Below are positions 56,792 to 58,800 of a DNA stretch of 58,800 nt, one piece after another. A program made the translations under genes and the position numbers. The notes beneath the pieces were generated by a model. It searched no databases. It saw only the letters and a program-made list of their open reading frames with translations, and was not told the origin of the DNA. Origin of the DNA: an uncultured Heliomicrobium sp. (GTDB lineage Bacteria; Acidobacteriota; Blastocatellia; RBC074); the NCBI GenBank assembly GCA_964645355.1, contig CAZXZU010000003.1, forward strand, positions 1-58,800, read 5' to 3'. Each line of letters starts with the position of its first letter. Position 1 is the stretch's first letter.

Positions 56792-57979
56792 ATGCGATTG
56801 AAAAGAGCGATGACTCTGTTGTCACTGCTTGCGCTTGGCGGACTGCTCGGCGCTTGCGAAACAAAATCCGCGGAAATGGGCAAAGCCCCCGCGACTGAAA
56901 CTGCGGCTAAAGGAGCGGAAGCAAAATTGAAGAAGGAAAGTTTTGGCAAATTGCCCGACGGTGCCGAAGTTGACGTTTATACGCTAAGCAACAAAAACGG
57001 CGTCGAGGCAAAAATCACCAACTACGGCGCGACGCTGACTTCGATCAAAGCGCCGGATCGCAACGGCAAATTCGACGACGTCGTGCTCGGTTACGACAGC
57101 ATCGCCGGTTATCTGGACAAGAATCCGCACTTCGGTTCAATCGCCGGACGTTACGCCAACCGAATCGCCAATGGCGAGTTCAAGCTCGGCGGCAAGACTT
57201 ACACACTGGCTAAAAACAACGGCCCAAACCATCTGCACGGCGGGCCGAACGGTTTTTACAAACAACTCTGGACGGCTTCAGATGTGTCAGGCAAAGACGG
57301 ACAAGCCGTCGCTTTCAAATATCTGAGCAAGGACGGCGAGGAAAATTATCCCGGAAACCTGAACGTCACGGTGACTTACACGCTGACGGACAAGAACGAA
57401 TTGAAGATTGATTATCTGGCCACAACCGACAAAGAAACGATCTTGAACCTGACCAATCACGCTTACTTCAATCTGGCCGGAGCCGGCAGCGGCGACATTC
57501 TGAAACATCAATTGAAAATCAACGCCACGCAGTTCACTCCCGTGGACAAGACAATGATTCCAACCGGCAAGCTGGAAAATCTGGCAGGCACGCCAATGGA
57601 TTTTTCCAAGCCAACGGCGATTGGCGAACGGATTGACTCCAAATACGATCAACTGGTTATGGGCGGCGGCTACGATCACAATTACGTGCTGGCAACCGGC
57701 GGCTCGCTGACGGTTCAAGCCGTTGAAGCTTACGACCCTTCGACCGGTCGAGTGATGGAAACCTTCACCGACCAACCGGGAGTGCAGCTTTACACCGCCA
57801 ATTTCCTGGACGGCACGATCACAGGCAAAGGCGGCAAAACCTATCCGCGCCGTTCTGCCTTTTGTTTGGAGACTCAACACTTTCCCGATTCGCCGAACAA
57901 ACCGAACTTCCCGACCGCGGTGCTGAAACCGGGCGACAAGTATCAGACGACGACGATCTATAAATTTTCGGCGCGCTAA
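56792..57979 (+). CDS. galM: aldose 1-epimerase (galactose mutarotase), lipoprotein-type signal
   Basis: AGGAG lies 9 nt upstream and the signal is MRLKRAMTLLSLLALGGLLGAC. Motifs: GRYANRIANGEF.L.GK.Y.L..NNGPNHLHGG, NLTNHAYFNL, FCLETQHFPDSPN. Confidence 0.9.
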   Translation: MRLKRAMTLLSLLALGGLLGACETKSAEMGKAPATETAAKGAEAKLKKESFGKLPDGAEVDVYTLSNKNGVEAKITNYGATLTSIKAPDRNGKFDDVVLGYDSIAGYLDKNPHFGSIAGRYANRIANGEFKLGGKTYTLAKNNGPNHLHGGPNGFYKQLWTASDVSGKDGQAVAFKYLSKDGEENYPGNLNVTVTYTLTDKNELKIDYLATTDKETILNLTNHAYFNLAGAGSGDILKHQLKINATQFTPVDKTMIPTGKLENLAGTPMDFSKPTAIGERIDSKYDQLVMGGGYDHNYVLATGGSLTVQAVEAYDPSTGRVMETFTDQPGVQLYTANFLDGTITGKGGKTYPRRSAFCLETQHFPDSPNKPNFPTAVLKPGDKYQTTTIYKFSAR

Positions 57980-57997
57980 ATTCTGAGCCAAGACATT

Positions 57998-58094
57998 TAG
58001 ACAGGATTGACAGGATTTTCAGGATTGAAGAAAGCAAAGAAGCTATGCGCCTTTTCTTTACTGCCAATCCTGTCAATCTTGTAAATCCTGTCTA
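57998..58094. repeat. periodic 9-nt-unit palindrome (GACAGGATT units); probable galM terminator
   Basis: TAGACAGGATTGACAGGATTTTCAGGATT ... AATCCTGTCAATCTTGTAAATCCTGTCTA. It uses the same unit family as the inner part of 36110-36287. Confidence 0.8.
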
Positions 58095-58199
58095 CTATTT
58101 TGTCTGGCTTGCATCAACCAAATCGCACGATTAAGATGCGCCTGCGTTTGGAGGCCGTCAATCTTTTGGCATCAAAACTCCGGCGCATCGTTACATTCA

Positions 58200-58445
58200 A
58201 TGGCAAATCGCATCCTGGTAGAAATCAAATCTCGCAACGAATTCTGGCGCAACGCGGTGATGGTCGAATGGGACTATCAGTTTCCGCAGCGAAAGCTGGG
58301 AGCCGAAGCGCAGAACTTTTACCTGATTGAAGAAACCTGGCTGGAAGATTTACAGCGAGTCGCCGCTCAATGCTTTTCCGTGGCATTACCGGCTCCGCTA
58401 AATCCGGGACGCCGACAGTTGTTTCGCCGATTGCTGGCCAGATAA
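58200..58445 (+). CDS. hypothetical small protein (81 aa)
   Basis: ORF only. There is no obvious SD sequence and no recognisable motif. Confidence 0.25.
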   Translation: MANRILVEIKSRNEFWRNAVMVEWDYQFPQRKLGAEAQNFYLIEETWLEDLQRVAAQCFSVALPAPLNPGRRQLFRRLLAR

Positions 58446-58476
58446 TTGTTCAGACTTGTTGGAGAAGCGCCACCAA

Positions 58477-58558
58477 TCAGTACCGCGACCGGTAGGGAGC
58501 GAGTACACACAAGTGGCCAATTGAAGAAAACCGCGCTCCCTACCGGTCGCGGTACTGA
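58477..58558. repeat. family-A palindromic element (perfect 25-bp arms)
   Basis: TCAGTACCGCGACCGGTAGGGAGCG (58477-58501) and CGCTCCCTACCGGTCGCGGTACTGA (58534-58558), separated by a 32-nt spacer. Confidence 0.9.
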
Positions 58559-58608
58559 CTCGACTGAACCAGACACTAAAACAATTTCCGAGAGGGACAA
58601 TCGCTCAA

Positions 58609-58800
58609 ATGACAAAGAACCTGATCAAAATGACTATCGCTGTTGCCGCCGCAGCCTTTGTGCTCGGCTCTACGCTGACCACCAACGCTTATCCGCCGTT
58701 TCTGAAAAAATCCCAGAAGTTCGGCGCTAAAGATTGCACGTTCTGCCACAAAGAAGCCGAAGGCGGCGAAGGTTGGAACGACCGTGGCAATTGGCTGATC
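58609..58800 (+). CDS. secreted c-type-cytochrome-like protein, 5' part only (runs off window end)
   Basis: My translation from ATG 58609 is MTKNLIKMTIAVAAAAFVLGSTLTTNAYPPFLKKSQKFGAKDCTFCHKEAEGGEGWNDRGNWLI. It has a signal peptide and a CxxCH haem motif (CTFCH) and is open to the window edge. Confidence 0.5.
   Translation, partial: MTKNLIKMTIAVAAAAFVLGSTLTTNAYPPFLKKSQKFGAKDCTFCHKEAEGGEGWNDRGNWLI

Overview
The window looks like a chromosomal segment of an Acidobacteriota-type soil bacterium. This is inferred from gene content: a CarboxypepD_reg-type TonB-dependent receptor, an acidobacterial VWFA protein, a Solibacter-type C-terminal domain, PSD1/DUF1501/DUF1800, and an ASPIC/UnbV FG-GAP protein. 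It carries about 45 genes. Central metabolism: a PfkB sugar kinase, transaldolase plus glucose-6-phosphate isomerase, aldose 1-epimerase. Large secreted or surface proteins: an SdrD-like protein, a TonB-dependent receptor (TBDR), an S8 peptidase, a beta-helix/LamG protein, and a 1.9-kaa M36-TIG-Kelch protein. It also has one tRNA-Gly(GCC) and small selfish or accessory modules: VapBC, XisH/XisI, Uma2 and an orphan RHH protein. No rRNA, CRISPR array, transposase, integrase or prophage was seen.

The most unusual content is non-genic. (1) The window is saturated with several families of short palindromic elements. One family has the arm GTCAGTACCGCGACCGGTAGGGAGCG and occurs at 7 loci. Three of those loci sit in frame inside otherwise conserved coding sequences, as described for Rickettsia palindromic elements. 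A second class consists of hairpins whose arms are tandem 7-9-nt units. Some of these are translated as linkers or N-terminal extensions, and one apparently supplies a complete signal peptide. There is also a 117-bp MITE-like element with 16-bp terminal inverted repeats and an 8-bp direct duplication, and a ~260-bp long palindrome. (2) The tal and pgi reading frames are joined by a canonical -1 slippery heptamer (G_GGA_AAA) one codon before the tal stop. This is either a programmed frameshift making a bifunctional Tal-Pgi or a homopolymer indel. I found no convincing multi-gene novel defence or biosynthetic system. All functional calls rest on motif recognition by eye, not on searches.
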